Below are positions 11,181 to 24,369 of a stretch of 64,000 nucleotides of DNA, piece by piece. Source of the DNA: Chiloscyllium plagiosum (Eukaryota); contig NC_057749.1 of NCBI RefSeq assembly GCF_004010195.1, positions 24,418,334 to 24,482,333 on the forward strand. The letters are read 5' to 3'. Position 1 is the first letter of the stretch. Each line of letters starts with the position of its first letter. The notes beneath the pieces were generated by a model, which saw only the letters and a list, made by a program, of their open reading frames with translations, searched no databases and was not told where the DNA came from. The translations under genes were made by a program, and so were the position numbers.

Positions 11181-12579
11181 ACACTTGTTTTACTGTATTT
11201 TTTAAATTCAGTATTTGAATATGAAAATCAGCAAGTCATATAATGAATGCCCCAATGTAGTATTTTGAATAATGTAGACCACATTTATAGGCTTATTGGG
11301 ATTCATAGAAGAGCAGTCATGTGCCAAGCTTTTGACTCATTGAGACATTGCACTTAAGTAATTTCATCATTTCTTGCCAGGAATTTCAAATGTGTACTAG
11401 TTGTAATTAACATGTTTGATCCTAGCTATTGCAACTTGTACAGATGGTTTTTCGAATTTGATTGTTCAAGTTTAGAGCAAAAGTTGAGATTTTCCTGTTT
11501 CGCTTTGTGGCCATCCATTAAAGTGAAAGTATACTAACCAATTCAGCTGCTTCTATAACTGGACCCAAACATCTCAGTACAGCAAAAGCAGATTACGTTG
11601 TTGGCACAACAGTCAATAAAATAGTTCTGAAGTACTTCCAGAATATGTTCTCCTATTCCTTCCATTTCGTGTTCTGATTGCAAATGTAATATTACAGTGT
11701 GTAGAATTGGAATTTCAGCAGACTGAGGACAGTGGACTGTGATTTATTGGTATAAGTACAGCACAAGTGTCCCTGTATTTGGAGGGAGGAGGAGGAAAGA
11801 GCTACTTCAGTTAGGCTTGGAAATGACCTCTGGGTTTACATTAGGTTGTGCGGAGCCATTTGTAGGTAAATAGGAAGGAGATTATTCTTTGTTCTTCATT
11901 GGAGTATCTAGCAGAATCTGGCTTCGTCCGTTTGATGGCTGCCAACATTTGGTAATGTTTCCCTGTTCTCCTGATTTGCAGTTTTTTATTTGGAAGTATT
12001 TATCCAGTATTTCTAAGTGTAGAGTTAGCTGAAATACGACTGTAGAATTGTTGTTTGGGAGCTCTGCATAATATTTGTACGTCCTTTCTCGTTGCTAGTG
12101 GGTAAGGCTCATATTATTGAATTATTCCATTAAGTTATCAGAGTAGTTCAGAACAATGGTGTATACAATAGAAACATATCAATCAATGTGGCAAGCACCT
12201 GAGTTTGGGGTTTGGAAAATGTGCTAAGGTAGAGCAGAGGAAGAGTTGGGTTATGGTTGCCTGGTCATCTTAATCTTTGGTGACTTTTGCATGAAATGGA
12301 ATTGCATATAGTGGGCCTGACTATAATTTGCTAGAATTAGTAATACTCTGGAGGAGGTCTGTCCATGTCCAAGCTGGCTGTATGTAAGAATGGCAATCAG
12401 ATCCGCAGTTCAGCAGCTTTCTCACAGCCCAGAAATTGCTTGTTTGTCTGTAGGTTGTTAGTAAAATCTATCAAAACTCCTCCGCCTAACTTTCTCATTT
12501 CTGAGAAAAGCAACCTCAGCACCTCCAGTCCCACGATGCATTTGAAGTCCCTCATCTCTGAATCCATTTTTTCAAATCT

Positions 12580-13350
12580 TACAATTGTAGAATTTTACAG
12601 TACAGAAGTAGACCATTTGACCTATTGTATCTGTACTGACGTTCAAAAAAGCCAACCAAATTGTCCTGTTCTCCAACCCTATCGCTGTAGCCCTTTTAAA
12701 TTCATAACTTTTAAATATGTATCCAGCTCTCTTTTGAAATCTCATAAGGAATCACTGTCCACAACTCTCCCAGGCAGTGCATTGCAAACCATAACGACTG
12801 AGTAAAGATGGTTCTCCTCATCTCGCTCCGAGCTTGCGCTCACTCTCTCTCTCTCTCTCTCTGACAGTCTGAAGCCTGATGTCTCTAACCTTTCCTTGTA
12901 TCAAAAATCCCTGATTCGTGGTATCATTCTAGTAAATCTCTTTTGAACTCTTTCCAGGGCTTTAATATCCCTCCTTAAATAAGAGGCCCAGAACTGAACA
13001 CATTACTCCAAATGTAGTCTGACCAATGATTTGTAGAAGTGTAGCATCATTTCCTTGTTTTTATACTCTAGGCCTCTATTTATAAACCCAAGAATCCCAT
13101 GAGGCTTTATTAACAACTGTTTAAACTTGCCTGGCCATCTTCAGAGCATCGTGCATGCGGATGTAGGTTTGCCCGCTGAGCTGGAAGATTTGTGCATGTA
13201 AATCCTGTGCTCCTTTACTCCCCTCAGAGTTGTACCACTTGAGCATGTATTGTCTCCGTGTTCCTTCTACCAAAATGCATTGCCTTACATTTCTTTGCAT
13301 TGAAATTCATCTACCAGGTGCCTGTGAACTTAGCCAACTTGACAATGTTC
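12580..13350 (-). mobile_element. Old CR1-like LINE fragment
   Basis: Degenerate similarity to other CR1 3' regions (cccagaactgaacacattactccaa, cattgaaattcatct). Confidence 0.55.
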
Positions 13351-13997
13351 TCTTTCTACACTCTTTCGAAATTATTTAGTGGCAGGTGATCCACAGGCCT
13401 GGGCTCATAATCCAGCAAATAAGAGTTTGGTTTGTGAAAACTGGTGGATTGAGTGCAGATAAAATACTTTTCACGGCTTAAACCAATGGAAAAAGATATT
13501 CCATCCTAGCCAGGTAAGGAAGAATCTCCTTGGATATTTTACTTAGGCTTCACTTAAAGATGTGGGTGATGTTTAATGTGAGACAAATCGTTTTCAGTTT
13601 CTTAACTTTGAATCGGTTAGTAATCATAGGGGTCTAATTTCAGAGAATTTAAGGGTGATATGGCACAGAAGGTGGCCTTTTGGTCCATTGTGTCTGCCAG
13701 TTCTTTGAAAGAGATAGCTAATTACTCTCTCACTTCTGCCTATTTTCCTCCAAGTGATAATTTTTGAATGTCTATCTTGAACCTTTCCCTTTCAGGCACT
13801 GCATGCACTTGCTGCAGTTATATCTTTTCAAAGCGAAAAGCTTTCTTCATCTTGCCTCTGAATCCTTTCCCAATTACTTTAACTGCGTATTCTGTAGTGT
13901 AATGATAATTCTCCATAGGAAGCCATTCCTCCTTACAGCCAGTCCCTGGGTTCATTTGTGAAGCCCACTCGCAAGTTGGAACACAATGAAAGACTTT

Positions 13998-14277
13998 CTT
14001 TTTAATTCACTCATGGGACGTGGGTGTCTTCTCTGGATGTCAACAACATCACTGTGGATCTGGAGTCACATGTAGGCCAGACCAGGTAAGGATGGCAGAT
14101 CTCCTTCTCTAAGGACATTATTGAACTGGATGGGTTTTTCCAATAATCGGCAACAGTTTCATGGTCATCATTATACCCTTAACTCCAGACTCTCTATTGA
14201 ATTCATATTCTACTATCTGCCATGGCGGCATTTTGATCCCAGCTCCCCAGACCATTAGCTGAATTTCTGGATTAATA
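13998..14277 (-). mobile_element. Deu-domain SINE (SacSINE1/AmnSINE1-like)
   Basis: ctggagtcacatgtaggccagaccaggtaaggatggcag...aaggacatta..gaac matches my recollection of the Deu domain in reverse; tRNA-like head at the right end. Confidence 0.65.
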
Positions 14278-14711
14278 CTTCTGGGGCATTGTCTCCCCAA
14301 AAGCATGTAAAGCAACTGTTTGGAAGTATAGGAAATGTTCGTATGTCAAGTCTTTAAAATAGCATCTCTGTATGGGGCAGTATTCATAAGTACAAAAATC
14401 AGGGGCAATGTACAATCCTTGTTCCCTTATTCTACTTGGATGCAAGGAGAGGTCCCTGGGCTTTTCTCCTTTTTAAAAAAATATTAGTTCAAGGGACATG
14501 AAGGACACTGGCTAGGTCAGCATTTGTTCCATCCAGTCACTTGAAGTCCCTTGTTCCTGATATCATTTCAGTCTGTCTTCTCCAAACCCTCTGGAAGACT
14601 TTGACATTTTAAGACCCAAGTCTAGTGTGCAGAACTAGCCACGATATTTCAACTGAGTTGTAACCAATGATTTTAGTTTGAAAAATCTTATCTTTGGTTT
14701 CCTTGCATTGC

Positions 14712-15575
14712 CAAATACCAGACTAATGCCATTTACAATGTTGCTGATGACATGACCATAGTCAGCCGAATCACAGATGGTGACGAAACAGACTACAGAC
14801 GGGAGGTGGAAGACCTGGAAAAATGGCGCACTGAGAACAACCTAGCTCTCAATGCTGGCAAAACCAAGGAACTCATTGACATTCGGTGGGGTGTTACTCA
14901 TGCTCCCCTACACATTAACAGCACAGAGGTGGAACAAGTGGAGAGTGTCAAGCTTTTGGGAGTGGTCATCAACAGCAAGCTTTCTTGGACTCTTCATGTG
15001 GACGCACTGGTCACAAAGGCCCAACAATGTCTCCTCTTCCTCAAGCAGCTAAGGAAATTTGGCATGACGGCGAATTCCCTTGCCAACTTTTATAGATGCG
15101 TCATCAAGAGCATTCTGTCTGGATGTATCACTACCTGGTATGGCAACTGTATCATTCAAGATCGGAGACGGTTGCAGAGAGTGGTGAACTTGGCCCGGAC
15201 AATCACACAGGCCAACCTCCCATCTCTAGCTTCCATCTACCAGGCCCGTTGTCAAGGAAAGGCCACCAGCATTCTCAAAGATCCATCTCACCCTGGCAGT
15301 GTTTTTCTATAACCTTTACCATCGGGGAGAAGGTACAGATGCCTGAACACACACACCAGCTGCTTTCGAAACAATTTCTACCCTACCGTTGTTAGAATAC
15401 TGAATGGACTCTCAAACTCTTACCATTCACCTGTACCTGTGTTTTTGTTTTTGCCGCTGTTTATCTGTAATTTATTATCTATGCTATTTTACTCTGTGAT
15501 CTGCCTGTATTGCTCGCAAGACAAAACTTTTCACTGTGCCTCGATACACGTGACAATAAATTCAATTCAATTCAA
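14712..15575 (+). mobile_element. Rex1/Babar-type LINE 3' fragment
   Basis: ORF 14752-15312 (ADDMTIV...NNLALNAGKTKELI...CITTWYGN); 3' UTR near-identical to that of 7548-8935; tail aattcaattcaattc. Confidence 0.9.
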
Positions 15576-18469
15576 TACTGCATTAGAACAGTAGCTCATC
15601 TCAAAAAGAATTAATTGGTGATGGGATATTTTGGAGCATCCTGTTGTGACAAAACTCACTGTATAAATGCATTGCTGTAAGGCACCAAAGTATTGAGCAA
15701 ATGGATTTTCCTTACTTGAGAAGGCTTACCCCATCTTAAACTTTGTTCTTCATTTCACAATAACTTGTGACACGATTTGATGCATTTCTATTACCAAAGT
15801 AATTTCTATGACAACTCTTCCCTGTGGTTCAAACAAAAGCCCAAAAGATGATGATTTGTATTTTGTGCTGCACGTATGGAAGTAGGATGTTTCACAATGG
15901 GGGAAGAAACGTCCAACTGAAGCAGCAGGAAGGTGGTTGCGACCCCTCTGAGGGAAATGATGTGGCACGCTTGCAATGACATACTACAGCTGATCATTTT
16001 GGGTTGTGAAAATGTTGAGAATTGAGAACACAGTGGCTTCTCATAGCAGAACAGCTGACTGTCATGAGTTTTCTGGGGACTTGTTCTAACAGTTTCTTTG
16101 TAAGCATTCGTAACAGAAATAGTTTTCTGCATCTTGTCCTTTGTGCAGTTTCAGTCAAATCTGTAAATCATTGTACTCGACCTTTGTGACTTGCACTGGT
16201 TTTGGTAATCAGCAGTGTGGGAATGCTGTGAAATAGCTTGTCAACAATATAAAGAATGTCTGCAGTGTAAGGAGAATGGCCATTATCTTGAAATATATTC
16301 AATGGCAATAGAACAGATTTTTAACTTGATGTGGGTGACTTCATTGAATTACTGCTGTGTAATGTCAAATACTAATCTTTTCACAATTTGTGTGGTGCAG
16401 TGTTAAAGTCTATGCATGATTTCATTATTTAAGATCTTTCTACCAGTCAGAAGCTCCTAATTTTGAGCTTTCCTTTAAATAGCCTGAAAATATAAAATAT
16501 TAGGTGAAAGGGAAGACCAGAGGCTGCAATGCATGTTTGCATTGATGTTTCATCTCCAGTACCTTGAGACCAGCTGAAACTAGTGGGATAAAAGCCTCTT
16601 GGTTTTAACTTTGGCAAAAAAGTATTGAGATGAGCTGCAATTGCAAGTTCGGGTCAGCTGACATTGTGGGATAGACCAAGACAGAAGGTTTGAACTTTGA
16701 GATGTGTTAAGACTATGTATAGTAGTTGCATAGCAAAATGATGTAATCTACTTAGGCTAAAGAAAATTGCCTCACTATGCTACAGGGCACCCCATGCACA
16801 GACCAGCAGTGTTCAGTAGTTCTTGCTTTGACATTTCTTTCTTTCTGCCTATGGTAGCCATGCCTTTAACCTCCCATGTCTTGAACTCTGGAATTCCCAA
16901 CTTAAAACTCTCCACCTCACTACCTCTACCTTCCTTTAGTACACTTCTTTGACATTAGGGTTGTTCCCAAATGGTCTATACGTGAGTGGGATTCCTGGAC
17001 CTGAAATGGTTGTTATATGCATGACTTGACAGAACTGGGACGCTCAAACCATACACAATTGCTGTTGCTCTTGAGTTTATCCTAATCAGCAAATGAAACA
17101 GTACAGAATTTATATTTATTGCTGAGCCACTTCTATTGAAATCAGCTCAGTCATGTTTAAAAAAAGGAATTATTGTGTCTCCCCATTTCATGTTCAAAAC
17201 TGAAAAGGGCAAAACGGAAGAGATTAACATCATATTTCAGAAAAATACAAATGCAAAGAGTAGTCATGAGTGAAATAATACAGTTCATCAATTGTCTCTT
17301 CTATCTGTAATTAGCACGTGTATTGTCTGTTGCTCCCATTTAACTCATTTATTGTCACAGACATTTATCTTTGAGAGTCAGTGGAACAGTATGAGGCCAG
17401 TGATAATGTAAAACACCATATTTTGGCCCTCTATGATACTCCCATATAAATCTATTCTTATCAGTTTGCACCACCTCAGCTCTCTTGTCAAACACAAACC
17501 TGTTTTATTGCATAACTGATCTTCGGTTCCTCAACTGTCCGTTGTTCCCATTTCCCCAGCCAACCCCCTTCCCAAAATAAAAGTTGAAAATACTTGAATG
17601 TTTAGTAAGTCTGGGATTATTTAATAAAATTTGGGTTTCAAGCTTCCCCTGGCTGAGTTGTCTACACACCTTGCACTTCTGTGATACCTGTGATGCTTTT
17701 TCTTATTGCTTGAATTGATGTGATTACTTTCTTTCCCTTCTACCAGTTATTGTGAAATGCCGCCACAAGCATGCATGCACAAGCATAACATTACAGTGTA
17801 ATGTCACTGCTCAGCGATGGAGTAGCGATAGTAGCTGCCTATCACAAAGATGGCACTGCCAGTGTAGTTGTAGTGACAGTTGTAGTGACAAACTGGACAG
17901 ACTTGAGGCATTGCACATTTGAGGGCTTGTGGCTAATTGAGTGTTCCCTTCCTTCAGAGTAACCCTTGCACTCGTAGTGATAAATAAAGTGGAGGAATGT
18001 GCTGGCTTTCCTTTGCAGGAGCAGGATACACTTAGAGTAGCGAATTGAACAGTGCTGTTCCCATAGGGGCTAATTTAAAGATGAACTGCTGCTCCTGCTG
18101 TGCTTGAACCCACAGATGAATGATCACACTAGTCAACTGGCAGCCTACAATCCCAGGTCTCGGCGGCACAATTGTCTGTTAGGCGGCTGTATGCTGGTGA
18201 GCGCGGAAGTGGGCTTGTGTCTGCATATGAGTGGACGATAATGTTGGCTGCCCAAGCACAGACACATTCTCGCTAAGGGATACCTGTTGCTGGTGAATGA
18301 GGTCACATGATCCAATTGTTCATGGAGAGGTGACCATTTTGATGGTCATCTTTTGCGTTCCTGCCAATTACTCTTCCCCATCACCATATTTCAATGCTGT
18401 TATTGTTGAGACCAGTTAATTCTGGATGGAGGAGGGCTAAGACTGGGATTTTCCTGCCTGTGTTCTTTT

Positions 18470-18790
18470 TTCTTTCTTCAATAACAGGATGAGGGCGTCT
18501 CTGGCTAGGCCAACATTTATTGCCCATCCCTAATTGCCCAGAGGGCAGTTGAGAATCAACCACATTGCTATGGATCTGGAGTCACATATAGGCCAGACTA
18601 GGTAAGGATGGCAGACTTCCTTTTCTAAACGATGTTAGTGAACCAATTTGTTTTTTCTGACAATTGGAAATTGATTTATAGTAGTCGTTAGACTCTTAAT
18701 TCCAGATATTTATTGAATTCAAATTCCACCATCCGCCATGGTGGGATTTGAACCTGGGACCCCAGAACGTTATCTGGGTCTCTGGATCGA
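18470..18790 (-). mobile_element. Deu-domain SINE (SacSINE1/AmnSINE1-like)
   Basis: L2-type tail (catttattgcccatccctaattgcc), Deu-like core and B-box-like gggatttgaacctggg. Confidence 0.7.
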
Positions 18791-19424
18791 CCCTGCCACA
18801 CATCTTTACAGTTTGGTATTCCCTGATGCATATGAACAAAGCTTCAAAAGACATTGCTGATCAGAGCAAGAGAAAGTGTCAATTGAAAGGTCACAAATCT
18901 GAAAAGACCTGAATTTCTATAGTACCTGTAATAATCTTGAGGTCAAACAGTAGCAGCCTGAGTAATCTGACGGGACAGTTGTGTTTGCACAACTGAAGTG
19001 GTGGAGAAGTAGAATTGGATGTTATCTGCGTGTAAAGAAAATCTGATTCCATGTTAGTGGAGGATGTCACTGTGGCTATCAGTAACTCAGGCAGGTATGT
19101 TTTCATGCTTTCTGGAAACACTTCTTTTTCCTTACATTGAAAACTGTTCAGAAACTATGGCAATTCTTGCACCCAACCTCAGTCAACATATAATTAAAGG
19201 ATTAGCTGTTGAGTCAAACAGACTGATTACTTGGTAGCTGCAAATCCTGGGACTCAGCAATGATTGTAGCTTGTCACAACTTCGTTAAAGTTGTGTAACT
19301 GTAAGTGGTAAGACATCCACATATGTGCCTGGATCAAAGACTACAAATCAAATTTATAAACTGTTGAATTGAACTTGCTATTAGTCAAAGCCAATATATT
19401 TATATCTAAATCTTGACCACCTCA

Positions 19425-19860
19425 GATACAGAGTCACAAAGCAAGGAAACAGACCCTTTGGTTCAACCAGTCCATGCCAAATATAATGCCAAACTAAACT
19501 AGTCCCACCTGCTTCTCCTGCCCCATATCCCTCCAAACCTTTCCTATTCATGTACTTAGCTAAGTGACTTCTAAATGTTGCAACTGGGCCCACATCCGCC
19601 ACTTCCCCTGGAAGTTCATTCCATACGCAAACCGTGCTCATGTCCTTTTTTAAAAATCTCTCTACTCTCACTTAAAAATGTATTCCCCAGTCTTGAAATC
19701 CCCCATCCTAGGGAAATAGCACCTATCATTAACCCTACTTATACACATCATGTACGTACATCGAATAGTGTAGGTTAGGTGGGCTTCAGATTGGTATGAC
19801 AGGTCAGCGCAACATCAAGGGCCGAAGGGCCTGTACTGCGCTGTAATGTTTTATGTTCCA
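19425..19860. mobile_element. Two CR1 3' tail fragments, head to head (- 19425-19750; + 19760-19860)
   Basis: Similarity to CR1 tails elsewhere in the window. Confidence 0.65.
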
Positions 19861-20655
19861 AAGGACTTTACAGCCAATTAAGCACTTAGATCATTATTGT
19901 AGTTTGAGGCAAAGTTGCTGATTAACTTGCATATGAGTTCTCACATGCCGCATTGGAACAATGGATCAAACCATCTTCAATGTTGTTGATTTGAATGATA
20001 AATGTTGACCAGGTCGCCGAATAAGAGCTCCCCTACTGCCAATAATGACAGATATGACAGCAAGGCTATCTTCCAGTTTGTGTGCAAGCTGCTACCACTC
20101 TTGGATGGATTGATACATGGTCTAGTTGGAGCAAGAAACAGGAAGCACATGAAAAGGAATCCTTCCCTTAAATGTTCATAGTGTAATACAGTGCCTGAGC
20201 TATGCGTGCTCACGTAGTGAAGGGACGAATAGTCTGCCAATAATCGTATTTGACTGCTTGTGAAGTTTGAAAGCTATTGACTGTTTGTTATTACCTCACA
20301 TTTCAGCCACCTTCAATCTCAGGTAACAGTTTCATAATCTCCAAGATATTCTGTGCTTTATCCAGACTCTGATTAACAGAGCATTTTATGATGTAAGCAA
20401 TCATTATAATTTTGAATGCTTAATTATTGCTGGTTATTGACAGTAGAGCAATTTGGTTTTCACTTAAATCTCCACGCTGTTTCTCTTATGTGTTACAGCA
20501 AGTTGCCAGGTTGTCTTTGTTAAAGTTTACACATGGAGCAATTCTACTTCCAACAGGGGAGAGGAGTGGAAATGGACTTTAAAAACCTATACTGAAGGCT
20601 CCTTTTGTTGATGCGTATTTTACATGCCCAATTAATTTGATATTTTCTTTTACAG

Positions 20656-20716
20656 GAATTGATTTCAAAATACGAACAGTAGAGCTAGATGGGAAGAAAA
20701 TCAAGTTACAGATATG
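20656..20716 (+). CDS. RAB8B: RAB8B exon 2 (61 bp): (G)[19 protein letters not shown](W)
   Basis: Polypyrimidine acceptor ttttcttttacag| and donor |gtgagt. Translation matches the Rab8 switch I/interswitch region; KKIK is RAB8B-like (human RAB8A has KRIK). Confidence 0.95.
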
Positions 20717-22599
20717 GTGAGTACTAGTAATTTGCATTACGTTAAATTTGTCTATTGAATCAAGCACTGCTTTTACTGATCAGAATCATGAATTAAAAAC
20801 AGCTAAAACATCGAAATTGCTCAGGTAATTTTAGTAAACGTGATTCTTCACTTCAGCTGTACAGAATTAAAGACAATTTTTGGTTTTAAAAAAAAACAAA
20901 AGTATTGTAAATAAAATATTTAAAGAAATCACTGAACAGAAGGTTTGAAGCATTGGCTATAGCAATGACCAGTTGAGCTGCCCAGTGTCTGTGGAAGCTA
21001 TCTGCACAAAGCTTTTACACTGGATCTATGATGTGGAGGTTTCGGTGTTGGACTGGGTCAGAAGTCACATGATACCAGGTTACAGTACAAAAGGTTTTTG
21101 AGTGCCGCTGCTTTGTCAAATGAAGTGACGCTGGGTCTAGCCCTTACATGAAAGCTCATTGAGATAGGAGTCCCATCACAGATTCAGATCTGAGGGGAAT
21201 TGTTGCCAACATAAGGTTTTTGTGTTGCAGTAGTGCACTGAGATGCTACAGCGTTATAATTCCACTTGACAGAATTGTACATAAATATTGAATGTTCTTG
21301 TTTGAATTCCCATGGGAAATGCTTACATTGCATGTTCCAATACAGTGTGACAAGATATAGCCTTTGATAGATCAAAACTCCTGCTGCCAATCAGAAAGGT
21401 GTCAGGAGCAGCTGTACATGCAGCTTCACTGTGGGTCAGAATGCACATGCACACCTGTACCAGACTTGTTGACAGTTGGCAGCAGGAGTCACAATGAATT
21501 GGAAAAGGTTCATTGAATGGGGACCCAATTGGTTGGCATCCATCACCACCAGAGATGGAAATGTGTTGCTGGAAAAGCGCAGCAGGTCAGGCAGCATCCA
21601 TCACCACCAACCTCTGCTGGCCAGATCTGGTTCCCTTGAGCAACTTTACATTTAACTCCATTCTCTCCCTCCCTCCCCAAATCAAAACTGATTCTGTGGG
21701 TACTCAGATGGCTTCCAGCTATACCTCGCTTAGTGTAACGTGTGGAATGTTCCTTGTTCAGTCCTTGATGGCTCACTCAGGCCTTCCAGCCTTTCCCAGT
21801 CTGCTGAACAGACCAGCAGTGACCTTTTATCTTTGTGTGATCTCTCTTTGTCCCTCTGGCTCAAGGTCAAAAATTCTTTTCAGTCCATTCAGCTACTGTG
21901 ACCACTGTTTTCAGATGTGAACTGTAGCATGTGCATTCCCATAGCCTCCCAGCACCCATGGTAACCAATCTGCACAGGCTTATAGTTGGTCATACTCTTT
22001 GTAGATCATATAATTCTTCATTCTTCCATTGTACCTTTGATTCAGGAAACGCTCCAAAATGCAGTCATCATATGAAACCTTGCATTTGTAACACCACCTC
22101 CTAAAACATAAAAATTATTACTGTCTTAATGCAACATTATAAACAGTTTAGCAACCAACTTATAACACCAGTAAAATTTTCTTGTCATATTTGAGCACGA
22201 CACATTTGTCTTTGCTTAACACTACGCTTGATCTAGCGACAGTAAAAATATAAAATTCAGTTTTTAGGAATTTTTCAGGGTTAGAGTTCATTTAATACAG
22301 GTGTTGTCACAGTCTAACAGGCTGTCTACATTCAGCACAATTGCCCTTGCCCTGTTTCCTGACATGGATAGTCTCTGTGCGTCATTATTATATATATATC
22401 TGTTTAATTTTCGCTTTAACACTTGGCAGTTCTGCTTTGTTGGTGACAGTTGTTCATAACTTTATCATGGTTTATTATGGTGCAGATGGCTTTGATTCAA
22501 CTCCCTCAACCTTTTTTTGTGGGCTTATGTGAGAGGCTTACATGCCTTTATAAAGCAAATCTGAAAAATCCCTCCATCTTGAAGCAGTTAATAGTTAAT

Positions 22600-23830
22600 G
22601 ACCAAAAGAACTTGGGTGGTTTTTAGATTGTGCTGAACTACCTGATCATAGAAAGCTGCCAGGATTGGTAATCAATTTCTAATCCAGTAATCCGGTTTTT
22701 CGCAAAACTTGTTAATATAAGCCAAGGATAATTTCTGCCTTCTCTGCTAGCATCTCATAGTTGACCGCACTGGCTTTTATATGTCCTCATCACATCTCAG
22801 AGGAACAAAAAGTGACTTTAACTGTTTGAGATTATTTGTTAGAGCAACCATTTTCAATGCAGCAAGATCTCAGCATGGCTGAGAGTCCAGCTCATTCTTG
22901 AGCAGAATTGTTCCACATAACAGGTGGTATGTTGTCAGGCTTTTTGCTTATCAAGTGCATTGAGTTGTTTTGGATGTCACATCGAGTGAATTAACCCTGA
23001 GGTGAATGAAGATTTTCTCCAGAAATGAGTTATCCACTCGACGCATCTTACTGAGGATGATTGTGAATGATTCAGTATTGTCTTTAAATACACTCCTGCT
23101 GAACTTCACCATCAGTGAGGATCATGATGATATGAAGCCTTTTCCTCCTGTTAGTAGTTTAGTTTCATTGTCTATGCCCATTCATGACTGAATGTCACAG
23201 TGATGCAAAGTTTTATCTGATCTGGTTGCAGGAGGAATAACTTTATGTAATATGTTACTTCCACTGTCCATCACGTATGTAATCTTGTGTAGTAGCTTCA
23301 GGTTGACATCTCAATTTTAGCTATGTCTTGTAGGTATGTTTTCCTGCATGCCAAGGTTAGTTCCTTGGCTTGTTGTCAGTGGTAGATTGAGAAATATGCC
23401 AGTCATGAGGTTACAGATTGTGGTGCAGTGCAATTTGTCGATGGCTTAAAATGCCTCATGGATGTCTAGTTTTTAGCAGGGCTAGATTTGAGCTGATTTG
23501 TTTTAAATCTATTCTATTTAACATTGTGGTACTTGAACCAGAGAGTAAGGTCTTGGGTTGCTGGGTCACAATGACCCTGCACTCCTATTTACTGATTATC
23601 TGCAAGCTCTTCAAAACACTGCAGAAGTGCCTGCAGCACTGTCTTTGCAAGATCCTTCAAATCTGGTGATGACTGAGGCAGTCTGAGAGTGGTATCTTTT
23701 TCCTGTCAACCTGCCCAGCGTTGAGGTGATAATTACACAAACCCAGCTGAAATGCTTTTGTGTCTGGACAGGAGAAGGAACAAGTAATCCTTGATGAAAG
23801 ACTGACAAAGGAGAAGGGAATGTTATTTCC
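22600..23830 (-). mobile_element. Old L2-like LINE remnant
   Basis: Degenerate similarity by eye only; no intact ORF. Confidence 0.35.
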
Positions 23831-24125
23831 ATGATGAGTAAATCAATTAGGATAAAATGGAATAGAATTTTCTATTATGTTGGGTTTTGTACAACGTATG
23901 ACTGTCCAACTTTCTAATTATATTATTCATGGATGGGTCAGTAGTGGTGATAATAAGCCACCATTGGTGATGGCTGTTGTTACAAGTTGTTACAGTGCAA
24001 AAGGAGGCATATGACTTGTGTTTGTGTCACCTCTCCAACCAAGCATCTCACTTAATGCTATCAGGTCTCCTCTCAGTCATCTCTTCTTCAAGGAAATCAG
24101 TATCACCTGTAACATCTGAAATGAT

Positions 24126-24351
24126 AGGAGAAAGTGAGGACTGCAGATGCTGGAGACTAGAGTTGAAAAGTGTGGTGCTGGAAAAACACAGCAAGCCAGG
24201 CAGCATCCGAGGAGCAGGAGAATTGACATTTGTGGCATAAGCCCTTCTTCAGGAATGGCATTCCTGAAGAAGGGCTTATGCCACAAACGTCGATTCTCCT
24301 GCTCCTCGGATGCTGCCTGACCTGCTGTGTTTTTCCAGCACCACACTTTTC
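24126..24351. mobile_element. Fold-back PLE pLTR mini-insertion, family A
   Basis: 93 nt inverted arms (24165-24257 / 24259-24351); 14 bp TSD acatctgaaatgat at 24112-24125 and 24352-24365. Confidence 0.85.
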
Positions 24352-24369
24352 ACATCTGAAATGATGCCT

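Noticed and set aside
17841..17860. CTCF-like cacaaagatggcac
   Set aside because: Mismatches in the CCAC half of the core; too weak by eye.
24165..24351. pre-miRNA or classical MITE
   Set aside because: Arms are unequal pieces of a dispersed PLE terminal repeat, turn-around points vary between copies, and TSDs are long and variable.
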